Shown here: one piece after another, positions 8,849-18,182 of the stretch
How the letters are laid out: each line of letters begins with the position of its first letter
Position numbering within the stretch: the first letter of the stretch is position 1
Assembly: GCA_963830635.1 (NCBI GenBank)
Contig: CAWHMN010000003.1
Location: 46,190-110,189, forward strand
DNA from: an uncultured Acidobacteriaceae bacterium
GTDB lineage: Bacteria > Acidobacteriota > Terriglobia > Terriglobales > Acidobacteriaceae
Reading direction: 5' to 3'
Length of the DNA stretch: 64,000 nt
The notes under the pieces: generated by a model
What the model was told of the DNA's origin: nothing
Seen by the model: the letters and a program-made list of their open reading frames with translations, nothing else
Database searches by the model: none
Position numbers and translations under genes: made by a program

Positions 8849-10705
8849 CTACTTCGCCGTGGGCGCGCTCTGCGCAGCCGTAGTATCGCCCGCCTTCTGC
8901 GCGGCAATCCAGCCATCCACGCGCTGCTCCACGACATCCAGCGGTAGCGCGCCGGAGTCCAGCACCTCATCGTGGAAGGCCCGGATGTCGAACTTCGGCC
9001 CCAGCTCCTTCTGTGCCTTCGCGCGCAGCTCCAGGAACTTCAATTGGCCGATCTTGTAGCCCAGCGCCTGCCCCGGCCATGCGATGTAGCGGTCCACCTC
9101 CGCCTGGATGTTGGTCTCGTCGATGGCGGAGTGCGCGTGGAAGTAGTCCACCATCTGCTGCCGCGTCCAGTGGTCCTGGTGCACGCCGGTGTCTACCACC
9201 AGGCGGATGGCGCGCCAGATATCCGCCTCCAGCCGGCCGTAATCGCTATAGGGATCCTGGTAGAAGCCGACATCCTTCCCCAGATGTTCGGAGTAGAGGC
9301 CCCAGCCTTCCGTATACGCAGTGTAGTAGTTGTGCTTGCGGAACTCGGGAATGCCGGTGAGTTCCTGCGCGATGGAGATCTGCAGGTGATGCCCGGGCAG
9401 CCCCTCGTGGTAGGCCACCGCCTCCACATCCGCCAGCGACCGCGAGGCGTAGTTGTAGGTGTTGATGTAGACCGTGCCGGGGCGTTTCCCGTCGGGGGTA
9501 CCCTCCTGGTAGTAGGCGGCGGCCTGGTCCTTCGCGATGTAGGCAGGCACCGGCTCCACCTGCAGCGACGCCTTCGGCAGCCGGCCGAACAGCTCCGGTA
9601 GCTTGGGCTTCATTTGATCGAGATAGCCGCGATAGGTGTTCAGCAGTTGGTCGGCGGAGGTCGCGTGCAGCTTGGGATTGTCCTTGATCGAGGCCTGCAT
9701 CGCCTTCAGATCGGAGAAGCCAAGCTTCTTCGCGATCACCAGCATCTGCGCTTCATCCTGGGCCACCTGCTGTTCGCCTATGGCGTGAATCTGGTCCGGC
9801 GTCAGGTCGGTCGTGGTGCTCTGCCGCACGCGGAATGTGTAGTAGGCCTTGCCGTCTGGAATTGACCAGATGCCAGGCTCCGCGCGGCCGCGCGGAATGT
9901 ATTGCGCCTGCAGGAAGCGTCCGAAGCGCGTGTACGCCGGCAGCACCTGCTTCGCGATCACCTCCAGCAACCGCGTGCGGATGGCCGCCTGGCGCGCCGG
10001 TGACACAGACGCGGGGAATTTCTTCAGCGGCAGCGCGAAAGGCGAGTCCTCCGGCTTCGCATTGGCGATGGCGTTCACCTGCACCAGTACCTTTTCCATC
10101 AGGTACCTGGGCACCACACGGTCATCGTCCATGCCGGTCATCATGTTGGCGGTGATCTGCGAGAAGGCGGTGGGCACCTTCTGCAAACGGGCGATGTAGT
10201 GGTCGTAGTCGGTTTCGTTGTCGAAACTCAGCAGGGAGACGAGCTGTGGGAGTGACGTGTGCAGGCCGTTGAACTGGTTGACGGGCATCTCCCAGGGTTT
10301 GAAGCGGGCCTCTTCCTGGTCTTCCACCAGCGAACGCACCAGCAGCTCCTTGCTGAGCCGCTCCTGGTCGGACATGCCGTCGGTATCGACCGCGCCCAGC
10401 CGGTCCAGAAACCCGTGCTCCCGCTCGAGCGTGGCATTGTAGGCGGCCACTGACTCGTCATCGAGCTCATCGTCGTAGCGCTTGTCGCCCAGGGTCGAAG
10501 CGAAGGTGGGGGAGTTGCGCAGACGGTCCTGCCAATAGTCGGAGAAGATCTGATCCAGCGTCTTTTGGCGTTCGCTTAGGGACGCAGCAGAAGCGGCCGG
10601 CGCGGTCGGCGCGGTCGACTGAGTCGCATTCTTGGGAAATGTCTGCGCCTGGGACGCCAGAGGAAGCAACAGCGCGGCCGTGAGCAGGGGAGAGAGATGG
10701 CGCAT
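8849..10705 (-). CDS. DUF885 family secreted protein (metallopeptidase-like HExxH-type motif)
   Basis: AYHEGLPGHHLQ motif. The signal peptide MRHLSPLLTAALLLPLASQAQ begins at ATG 10705. The track extension to 11173 is low-complexity and overlaps the divergent gene. Confidence 0.75.
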   Translation of the reverse strand: MRHLSPLLTAALLLPLASQAQTFPKNATQSTAPTAPAASAASLSERQKTLDQIFSDYWQDRLRNSPTFASTLGDKRYDDELDDESVAAYNATLEREHGFLDRLGAVDTDGMSDQERLSKELLVRSLVEDQEEARFKPWEMPVNQFNGLHTSLPQLVSLLSFDNETDYDHYIARLQKVPTAFSQITANMMTGMDDDRVVPRYLMEKVLVQVNAIANAKPEDSPFALPLKKFPASVSPARQAAIRTRLLEVIAKQVLPAYTRFGRFLQAQYIPRGRAEPGIWSIPDGKAYYTFRVRQSTTTDLTPDQIHAIGEQQVAQDEAQMLVIAKKLGFSDLKAMQASIKDNPKLHATSADQLLNTYRGYLDQMKPKLPELFGRLPKASLQVEPVPAYIAKDQAAAYYQEGTPDGKRPGTVYINTYNYASRSLADVEAVAYHEGLPGHHLQISIAQELTGIPEFRKHNYYTAYTEGWGLYSEHLGKDVGFYQDPYSDYGRLEADIWRAIRLVVDTGVHQDHWTRQQMVDYFHAHSAIDETNIQAEVDRYIAWPGQALGYKIGQLKFLELRAKAQKELGPKFDIRAFHDEVLDSGALPLDVVEQRVDGWIAAQKAGDTTAAQSAPTAK

Positions 10706-10907
10706 GAGGGAAATGCTCCTTGAGTGAAACCTAGCGCAAGTGTATGACAGTGCGCGCTGAAGCAGTTGCGCGGTGCGGGCGAATGGTTCACGCGTGCATG
10801 CGATCGCCACGGCGGCACAAAATCTTCTTGTGCAAGGATTTGACGCGGAGGTAGCATTCTGTCCTCCGAATTGGACCCCACCGAATTGGACCCGAATTGG
10901 AGCCCCC

Positions 10908-13814
10908 ATGACAATCCTGTCTGATGTGCCCGCGTGCTCTTCTCCCGCATGCTCCTCTGCTTGTAGCAATTCGGCTGGTGCAACCGCGCCGTTACGTGGA
11001 TTCTTCGCCGGGGTGCTGTCGCCGCGCCGCGTGCGAGTGTGGTTCGTAATCGCGTGCTTCGCTATTTGGGGAACGCTGGCCCATCCTGCCCGGAGACGCG
11101 CGGCAGAACCTCCGGGCCAACCGGTGCAACAGTTGATTGCCGCCAGCATCGATGCGCAGAGCGGCATCATCACCGTCGGCGCTACGAGCTACGCGCCCCG
11201 CTCCACTACGGGCACAGGCGTTCATGTCGTGGTCCTTGACCGAAGCACGTTGCAGCTTCTGCCCGATGGCGACCAAACCTTTCTGAAGTCGGGAGACGTA
11301 AACACGTTCCTCGCCGGGATCAGGGCCGGAAACCATGCGGACGCCATCCTTATGGCAACCAGCTTCGGTTACGGATTTCAGTACGGCCTGACCTTCAACG
11401 ATATGGCGAACGCGCTCGAACCGTTCGGCCTGCAGCCAAGTAAGGACTTCAACGGCGCTTTCCTGCACTTCTCGCTGATTGGGAATGGAGGTATGGAGCC
11501 GGGGCAAGCGCACGAGGCGTTCTACCTGGGATTGACCACCACACCCCGGCTGGTCCAGGGCTACTTTGCGAAGAACTCCCAAAGTACATTCACCTTCATA
11601 CAGCCCGACTACGTCCGCTATGACATCCAGCCGGACGGCACCATTCAAATTGGACCGAAGAGCTTCGACGTAGCGAGCGCCAGTGGCGCCCAATGCAGCG
11701 GAGGAGGATTTCACCTGGTCGCGGTCGACGCCCTGAAGCTGAGTCTTACCGCCAACCGCGACTTCTGCAATGTGAGTACCGATGCTGCGGCACTGAAGGC
11801 GCTCATCGCTGATCTGGACACCTACGCCGATCGCAGGTTCCGGGCAGACATCGTCTTCTTCACCAGCTACGGAAATGCATTTGGCGCGAGTCCGCCGGAG
11901 GAGCAGGCGTGGACGATGCCCATCGCGCTGAAGCTGAAAGACAAGCTGCAGGGAGCGCCGGAGACGCTTTTCAACTCGACCGGGAGCGATACGTATTCGA
12001 TCGTGGGCACGGGGGCGATCTCCTTTCTGGTGACCGAGCCAGCTCACTTCAAGGAGACCGGCAGCGTGTATCCCGGGCATCCGAGCGGCGGCCTGCACGG
12101 TGTCCTGGCGCGGAGCCGCCTCTTTGACTATTACGTTCCCATCGACGCCGACCTGACCGGGCAGGCGAATCTGGATTTCTACCGCATCCTGGCCCTGCCC
12201 CCGGCGCCGTTTCCTCATCCCTCGAATGACGCGGAGCTCGCGGCCTTCCAGTACATCAACAACGCACTGTGCAGATCGACGGATTGCAATGTGCGGAATG
12301 CCTACGGCAACCTGAACCAGCCCATATCCGACTACCAGGCCAGGCTCGCGTCGCTGAAAGACCCCAACGATCCCGACCATGACTGCCCGCCCGCCTCAAC
12401 TCCAGCCGCAAGTCCGTTCTGCATGGTCAAGATCCAATTGCAAACGGAGTTCAGCGATGTTGCCTCGGCCCGGGCGCTCTATGACAACCTCAAGGACCTC
12501 TGGCTCGGATCGGGCACCAATGGCATTCTTTCGCTGCTCACTGTCTATCAGTCCATCAAGAATGAAGTTGGCGCCTCCGGCGATGCGCCTGCGCAGAATA
12601 TCGGCGTGCCCCTGCTCAGCGCGCTCCTCGCAATTGGCAGCTATGCTCCCGGCATTGGTCCTGTTCTCGGGATCACCGATACAGTCATGAACTTCGCCAC
12701 CGGCCTGGCCAGGGATGCGGATGGCAATCAGACGACGGAGCTCGATACTACGGTTGCGAAGCTCGAGGACACTGCAGCCCGCACCTTCAACGAGCAGGCG
12801 GTCGCGATCGGAATACAGTTCGATTTCATCTACCAGGACTGGAGCAAACTCGATGCTCTGGGGAAGGCTCTGCAATCGCATGCGCCCGGATGGACCTGGA
12901 GCTCGTCGTCAACGGGGATCATTCTGCAGGGCATGAAACCGGTGGTGGAACAGTCGTATTATCAGGCGCTGCTGCCGGCGGTGTATGCCCTGGGCTTCTA
13001 CGTACCAGCGGGCGATGGCTGGCCGACCGATCCGCATAACTACTCCGCGTACTGCGGCCATGTGAACTGCGATCACCCCTTCGGCAGCAACTATGCGCCC
13101 TATACCTACCCCAGCGATCCGCATCTTTATCCCGATGAGGGAACACAGACGATGTGGGCGGGAAACGGCTGGTGGGGCATCAGCAGACGTGACTCCCCGA
13201 ACACCCGCGCCCCGGATTGGGGCTACCAATATAGCCCTCCGATCAACACCTTCATGGCGCATCTGTTCCTGCCGCAGGCGCAGGGCGGCCTCGGCGTATA
13301 CCGGCCGGCCTTCTTCGAAAACTGGCTACAGGCGCGCATTACCTGTCTGCCTAACAAGGACCACAACAGCGAGTATCAATTTGGAGGCTGCTACTGGAAG
13401 AACGCAACATCGTCGCTCGAGACCCCGCCACCATCGACCAAAGGCCTTTCCATTACGGCAGGCGACGTCAGGCGAGAGGGAATTCGCGTGACCGTGACGC
13501 TACAGATCTCCAATCCCGGCGTGCTTCAGGTGGACGACCTGTACCTTACGCAGATTTCCGCGCGTGCGAGCGGGCGGTCCAGCGGGGCCTCCGCTCAGGC
13601 GGTGCAGGGATGCGGCGCGGTTTCGGTTGACAATCCCGGCGTCCCCTTCCGGTTGGGCGCACTGGCTCCGGGTGGCCACACCACCATGACGCTGCACCTG
13701 GAGGCTCCCTTCTGCGTGACGGACATCTCCATTACCGAGCGCGGCAAACTCAAGAACGACACCGGCGACGAATGGCAGACGTTCAGGAGATCGCAGAGGA
13801 TCATGACCGACTAG
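10908..13814 (+). CDS. Large hypothetical protein (968 aa), N-terminal membrane anchor, no recognisable domain
   Basis: The ORF is long and uninterrupted. GGAG lies 5 nt upstream of ATG 10908. A hydrophobic segment VRVWFVIACFAIWGTLA is near the N-terminus, and an internal hydrophobic stretch IGVPLLSALLAIGSYAPGIGPVLGI is present. I see no motif I recognise. Confidence 0.65.
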   Translation: MTILSDVPACSSPACSSACSNSAGATAPLRGFFAGVLSPRRVRVWFVIACFAIWGTLAHPARRRAAEPPGQPVQQLIAASIDAQSGIITVGATSYAPRSTTGTGVHVVVLDRSTLQLLPDGDQTFLKSGDVNTFLAGIRAGNHADAILMATSFGYGFQYGLTFNDMANALEPFGLQPSKDFNGAFLHFSLIGNGGMEPGQAHEAFYLGLTTTPRLVQGYFAKNSQSTFTFIQPDYVRYDIQPDGTIQIGPKSFDVASASGAQCSGGGFHLVAVDALKLSLTANRDFCNVSTDAAALKALIADLDTYADRRFRADIVFFTSYGNAFGASPPEEQAWTMPIALKLKDKLQGAPETLFNSTGSDTYSIVGTGAISFLVTEPAHFKETGSVYPGHPSGGLHGVLARSRLFDYYVPIDADLTGQANLDFYRILALPPAPFPHPSNDAELAAFQYINNALCRSTDCNVRNAYGNLNQPISDYQARLASLKDPNDPDHDCPPASTPAASPFCMVKIQLQTEFSDVASARALYDNLKDLWLGSGTNGILSLLTVYQSIKNEVGASGDAPAQNIGVPLLSALLAIGSYAPGIGPVLGITDTVMNFATGLARDADGNQTTELDTTVAKLEDTAARTFNEQAVAIGIQFDFIYQDWSKLDALGKALQSHAPGWTWSSSSTGIILQGMKPVVEQSYYQALLPAVYALGFYVPAGDGWPTDPHNYSAYCGHVNCDHPFGSNYAPYTYPSDPHLYPDEGTQTMWAGNGWWGISRRDSPNTRAPDWGYQYSPPINTFMAHLFLPQAQGGLGVYRPAFFENWLQARITCLPNKDHNSEYQFGGCYWKNATSSLETPPPSTKGLSITAGDVRREGIRVTVTLQISNPGVLQVDDLYLTQISARASGRSSGASAQAVQGCGAVSVDNPGVPFRLGALAPGGHTTMTLHLEAPFCVTDISITERGKLKNDTGDEWQTFRRSQRIMTD

Positions 13815-13880
13815 ATTTTGCGGCACAGTCGGCGAGCGCTGAGCCCCGCAGGGTCTTCGGCGACGCTCCCCCGCGGGATC

Positions 13881-14636
13881 CTAGACCGTGCGCACGCGTG
13901 TGGACTTTTCGTCCGAAGCGATCACGCCGTCGCGGATGTGGACCACGCGATGCGCGAACTCCGCGATGTCCGGCTCATGCGTGACCAGCACGATAGTGTT
14001 GCCACGATGGTGCAGATCGTCAAACAGCGCCATGATCTCGTCGCCGGTCTTCGAATCGAGATTGCCGGTAGGCTCATCGGCCAGGATGATGGAGGGCCGG
14101 TTGACCAGCGCGCGCGCAATGGCCACGCGCTGCCGCTGGCCGCCGGAGAGCTCATTCGGCTTGTGCTGCATGCGCTCTTCAAGATTGACCGCGCGCAGCG
14201 CAGCCTTGGCCCGCTCGATGCGCTCCTCCGCCGACGTGCCGTTGTAGATCAGCGGCAGCTCTACATTGTGCAGCGCCGTGGCGCGCGCCAGCAGATTGAA
14301 GGTCTGGAAGACAAAGCCGATCTCGCGGTTGCGGATGCGCGCCAGCTCATCGTCGTTCAACTCGCTCACCAGGTGTCCGTTGAGCATGTAGGTGCCCTTG
14401 CTGGGCGTATCCAGGCAGCCGATCAGGTTCATCAGCGTGGACTTCCCGGAACCCGACGGCCCCATGATGGCGACATATTCATTGTGCTTGATGCGCAGGC
14501 TGACGCCGCGCAGAGCGTGCACCTGCTGCTCGGAGCCCATGTCATAGGTCTTCCACAGGTTTTCTACCTGGATGACGTCGCCCTGCGCTCGGGGAACCGC
14601 CGGAACCTCGTTGCGGATCATGGTCTCTGCCGCCAT
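13881..14636 (-). CDS. ABC transporter ATP-binding protein (MacB/LolD-type ATPase)
   Basis: Walker [10 protein letters not shown], signature LSGGQRQR and Walker [12 protein letters not shown]. Confidence 0.9.
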   Translation of the reverse strand: MAAETMIRNEVPAVPRAQGDVIQVENLWKTYDMGSEQQVHALRGVSLRIKHNEYVAIMGPSGSGKSTLMNLIGCLDTPSKGTYMLNGHLVSELNDDELARIRNREIGFVFQTFNLLARATALHNVELPLIYNGTSAEERIERAKAALRAVNLEERMQHKPNELSGGQRQRVAIARALVNRPSIILADEPTGNLDSKTGDEIMALFDDLHHRGNTIVLVTHEPDIAEFAHRVVHIRDGVIASDEKSTRVRTV

Positions 14637-14683
14637 CTGTGCTCCTTACGTCCTGCTTCACACGCCTTAGATCACCGGCGCCC

Positions 14684-16105
14684 TTAGGTGGTTTCAGCTT
14701 CCTTGGGAACAGCATTCGCGTCGATGACCTTCACCGGAGCGTCGTTCTTCAGCGTCCGCAGCGTCTTGTAGGAGCCGGTGACGATTTCATCGCCGGGCTG
14801 CAGTCCGCTCAACACCTCGATATCGGTCGCGCCGGTAATGCCTGTCTTCACCGGGACGAAGACCACCTTGAGCTTGCGCTTCTCGCCCCGCAGCACGAAG
14901 ACGCCCTGCACCTGGGCATCGTCCTTGGCCGCGTCGGTCGAGATCTCCGCGGCGTGCGCGGACCGGGAAGATTTCGCCTTCGCGTCGACGAGTTCGCTGG
15001 GCCGGCGCATGGTGAGCGCCTGGATGGGTATGGCGATGGCGTTGGCCTTCTCGGCTGTAGTGATCTTGGCGGTCGCCGAAAGTCCAGGGCGCAGTTCATC
15101 CGATGGTTGATCGAGCGTAACCACGACCTTGAAGTCCTTGGCCTCTTCCGTGCCCGTAGTGCTCTGGCTGGTGGCGATGCCGGTCGAGCGCAGGATGGCC
15201 TGATCGCCGATCTGCGTCACATGCCCTTTGAAGACCTTGCCCGGTAGCGCATCTACCGTCACGTCGGCGCTCTGGCCGGGCTGCAGGTTCACAATGTCCG
15301 TCTCGTCCACCTTCACCTCCGCCGTGATGATGGACATATCGGCCAGCGTCATCAGCGTCGATCCTTCCGCGTTCTGGATACCGACCACCACCGTTTCACC
15401 CTCGCGTACCGGCAGGTTGGTGACGATTCCGTTGAACGGCGCCTCGCTTGCGGTCTTGTTCAGCGAGTCGTAGTTGCTGCGCAGGTTGGCCTCCGCCGAT
15501 CCGACCTTGCCCACCGCGGACGCAGTCTCAGCCCGTGCCTGCACCAGCGCAGCCTGCTGCTGCGCGAGCGTCGCAACGTCGGTGTCGTAGGCTGCCTTGC
15601 GCGAATCGTAGTCCTGCTTTGAGATGAGCTTGTTGTCGTAGAGCCCCTGGGCGCGCGCGAAGTCCAGCCGCTTCTGTTCAAGGTCGGCCTGAGCGTGGGC
15701 TACCGAGGCCTCAGCCGTCTTCTCTGCCGCCTGAAAGGAGGAGACATCGGTCTTGGCCGAGCTGATGGCAGCCTGCTGTGCGTCCACTCCTGCCCGTGCC
15801 TGCACGCTCTCGATGGTCGCCAGCAACTGTCCCTTATGGACCTTGTCGCCTTCCTTGACGTAGAGATGCGTGATGCGGCCAAATGCCGTGGCCCCCACGT
15901 TGACGTATGTCTTGGGCTTGATCTGCCCCGTGCCGCTCACCTGCGCGACGATGGTCTGGCGCGCCACCTTGCCGGTGACGACCTTGGTGACACCGGATTG
16001 GGCCCGGGCTACGACGATCCCCACAACAGCGGCGACAACAATCACTAATCCCAGGATCAGCAGGATGCGTTTGCGTTTCATCTTTAGAGTCCGGTCCATC
16101 GTCAA
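14684..16105 (-). CDS. Efflux periplasmic adaptor subunit (HlyD/MacA family)
   Basis: It has an N-terminal TM anchor, long coiled-coil Ala/Gln-rich hairpin segments and a barrel-sandwich pattern. It sits directly upstream of the ABC ATPase. Confidence 0.8.
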   Translation of the reverse strand: MTMDRTLKMKRKRILLILGLVIVVAAVVGIVVARAQSGVTKVVTGKVARQTIVAQVSGTGQIKPKTYVNVGATAFGRITHLYVKEGDKVHKGQLLATIESVQARAGVDAQQAAISSAKTDVSSFQAAEKTAEASVAHAQADLEQKRLDFARAQGLYDNKLISKQDYDSRKAAYDTDVATLAQQQAALVQARAETASAVGKVGSAEANLRSNYDSLNKTASEAPFNGIVTNLPVREGETVVVGIQNAEGSTLMTLADMSIITAEVKVDETDIVNLQPGQSADVTVDALPGKVFKGHVTQIGDQAILRSTGIATSQSTTGTEEAKDFKVVVTLDQPSDELRPGLSATAKITTAEKANAIAIPIQALTMRRPSELVDAKAKSSRSAHAAEISTDAAKDDAQVQGVFVLRGEKRKLKVVFVPVKTGITGATDIEVLSGLQPGDEIVTGSYKTLRTLKNDAPVKVIDANAVPKEAETT

Positions 16106-16145
16106 AGCGCGGAATGAGGTACGAATCTGCCCCGGCAGAGGTTCC

Positions 16146-16163
16146 CATCGCGCATGCGCGATG
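16146..16163. promoter_or_regulatory. Perfect 18-bp palindrome catcgcgcatgcgcgatg (candidate operator)
   Basis: The sequence is self-complementary. It lies 41 nt upstream of the adaptor-gene start, in the divergent intergenic region. Confidence 0.35.
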
Positions 16164-16400
16164 ACAGGTCGCCGTGGTTACGACCGCCCGTCTGCATGGT
16201 TACCGCAGAGAAGCAGGGAGACGGAGGGCGTGCCTTATCATATCAAGGCCGGTTGCGAGTTTGCCCACTGAAACCGTCTTTGGGGCAAGCCGATCCTGGT
16301 GGATCACCCTCTCAGTTGCGCTGCCTGGGTCCCCTTCCTTGTGTTCCTTGGACGCAAACTCCTACAATGGGAGAACTCTTGAGAGGTCTCAGGCAACCTT

Positions 16401-18122
16401 ATGTATTCGGTTCGTCACACCTTTTTTTGCGCCATCGCTTTTGGAGCCCTGGCCCTTCTGCTTCCGCCATCCTTTGCGCAGACCGCGCAACCTTCGAACG
16501 AAGCTCCCGCCGCCTCCGATCAATCTACGCAGGATCCCCTGCAGCGGCCGCTCAGCGATAAGGAGCGTTTCAGCCAGCAGAAGGAACTCAAGCAAGAGTT
16601 GAAGGGCTCCTACAAGAAGTGGCTGGATGAAGATGTCCGCTGGATCATCACCGACCAGGAGATGAAGGCCTTCAAGAGCCTGTCGAACGATGAGGAGCGG
16701 GAAGCTTTCATCGAACAGTTCTGGCAGCGTCGCAATCCCAATCCGGAGTCGCCGGAGAACGAGTTCCGCGAGGAGCACTACCGGCGTATTGCGTACGCGA
16801 ACGAACACTTCGCCGCGGGCAAGCCCGGCTGGAAGACCGATCGCGGCCATATCTATATCGCCTATGGCAAGCCTGACAGCATCGAATCGCATCCCGCCGG
16901 CGGCAACTACCAGCGCCCCATGGAAGAGGGCGGCGGCGAGACCTCAACCTATCCCTTTGAACAGTGGCACTACCGCTATCTCGAAGGCATCGGCGAGAAC
17001 ATCGACATCGAATTCGTAGACACCTGCCAGTGCGGCGACTACCACATGACCCTCGACCGGTCAGAGAAGGACGCGCTACTGCATGTGCCGGGAGCCGGCG
17101 AAACGATGTATGAGGAGATGGGGCAGGCAAAGAAGGCCGACCGTTTCCACGGCGGGCTGGAGAGCCTGGGCAACGGGCCGCTCTCCGGGATGCAGGCGTC
17201 CAAGCAATTCGACCGCCTGGAGCAGTTCTCCAAGTTGCAGGCCGCCCCGCAGATCAAGTTCAAAGACCTGGAATCCTTTCTCACCAGCCACAAGGTGCTG
17301 AACGGTCCCTTCTTTCCCTTCGATGTGCGGACGGATTACGTGAAGGTCACCGAGGATACCGTGCTGGTTCCGGTCACTCTCCAGATCAAGAACAAAGACA
17401 TCACCTTCAGCACCAAGGACGGCGTCTCTAAGGGCGTGGTCAACATTCTGGGACGGGTGACCACCATCACCGGCCACATCGCGCAGACCTTTGAAGACAC
17501 CGTGCTGGTGGAAGAGCCGAGCGAGTTGCTGCCCAAGACGCTTGAGACCTCACAGGTATATTGGAAGGCGCTGCCGCTGCGCCCCGGCCACTACCGCGTG
17601 GATATTGTGATTAAGGACGTCAACAACCCGGACCACGTGGGTACCTGGGCCCAGGGCATCATGGTGCCCAAGTTCGACGACGAACATCTCGCCGCCTCTT
17701 CGCTCATTCTGGCGGACAAGATGGAGCGCGTGCCGTCCAAAGAGATCGGCACCGGCAGTTTCATTATCGGCAACACCTTTATCCGTCCGCGGGTGAGTGC
17801 AACGCCGGCAACGCCGGCCAGCTTCCACCAGAACCAGAAGCTGAACTTCTGGATGCAGGTCTACAATTTGGGTATCGACGACAAGAGCAAGCAGAACGCC
17901 GCTACCGTCGAGTACCAGATCGTGGACCTGGCGACCAACAAGGCGCTCCTGGATACATCCGAGGACAGCAAGACCTTCGGAGCCAATTCGGACCAATTGA
18001 CTGTGGAAAAGACGGTTCCCCTCGGAAGCCTCAAACCCGGAAAGTACCAGGTAACCATCAAAGTGAACGATAGTGTATCGAAACAGCAATTGGCGCAATC
18101 GGCACCATTCACTGTAGACTAG
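16401..18122 (+). CDS. GWxTD domain-containing secreted protein
   Basis: It has a signal peptide ending ...PPSFAQ. REAFIEQFWQRRNP...GKPGWKTDRGHIYIAYGKPDSIE matches the GWxTD domain signature. Confidence 0.8.
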   Translation: MYSVRHTFFCAIAFGALALLLPPSFAQTAQPSNEAPAASDQSTQDPLQRPLSDKERFSQQKELKQELKGSYKKWLDEDVRWIITDQEMKAFKSLSNDEEREAFIEQFWQRRNPNPESPENEFREEHYRRIAYANEHFAAGKPGWKTDRGHIYIAYGKPDSIESHPAGGNYQRPMEEGGGETSTYPFEQWHYRYLEGIGENIDIEFVDTCQCGDYHMTLDRSEKDALLHVPGAGETMYEEMGQAKKADRFHGGLESLGNGPLSGMQASKQFDRLEQFSKLQAAPQIKFKDLESFLTSHKVLNGPFFPFDVRTDYVKVTEDTVLVPVTLQIKNKDITFSTKDGVSKGVVNILGRVTTITGHIAQTFEDTVLVEEPSELLPKTLETSQVYWKALPLRPGHYRVDIVIKDVNNPDHVGTWAQGIMVPKFDDEHLAASSLILADKMERVPSKEIGTGSFIIGNTFIRPRVSATPATPASFHQNQKLNFWMQVYNLGIDDKSKQNAATVEYQIVDLATNKALLDTSEDSKTFGANSDQLTVEKTVPLGSLKPGKYQVTIKVNDSVSKQQLAQSAPFTVD

Positions 18123-18182
18123 CGGCGTTTGCATAATCCGGGCAGCGGCGGTATCGCCCGGTGAACGGCTTCCCCTGGAGGA

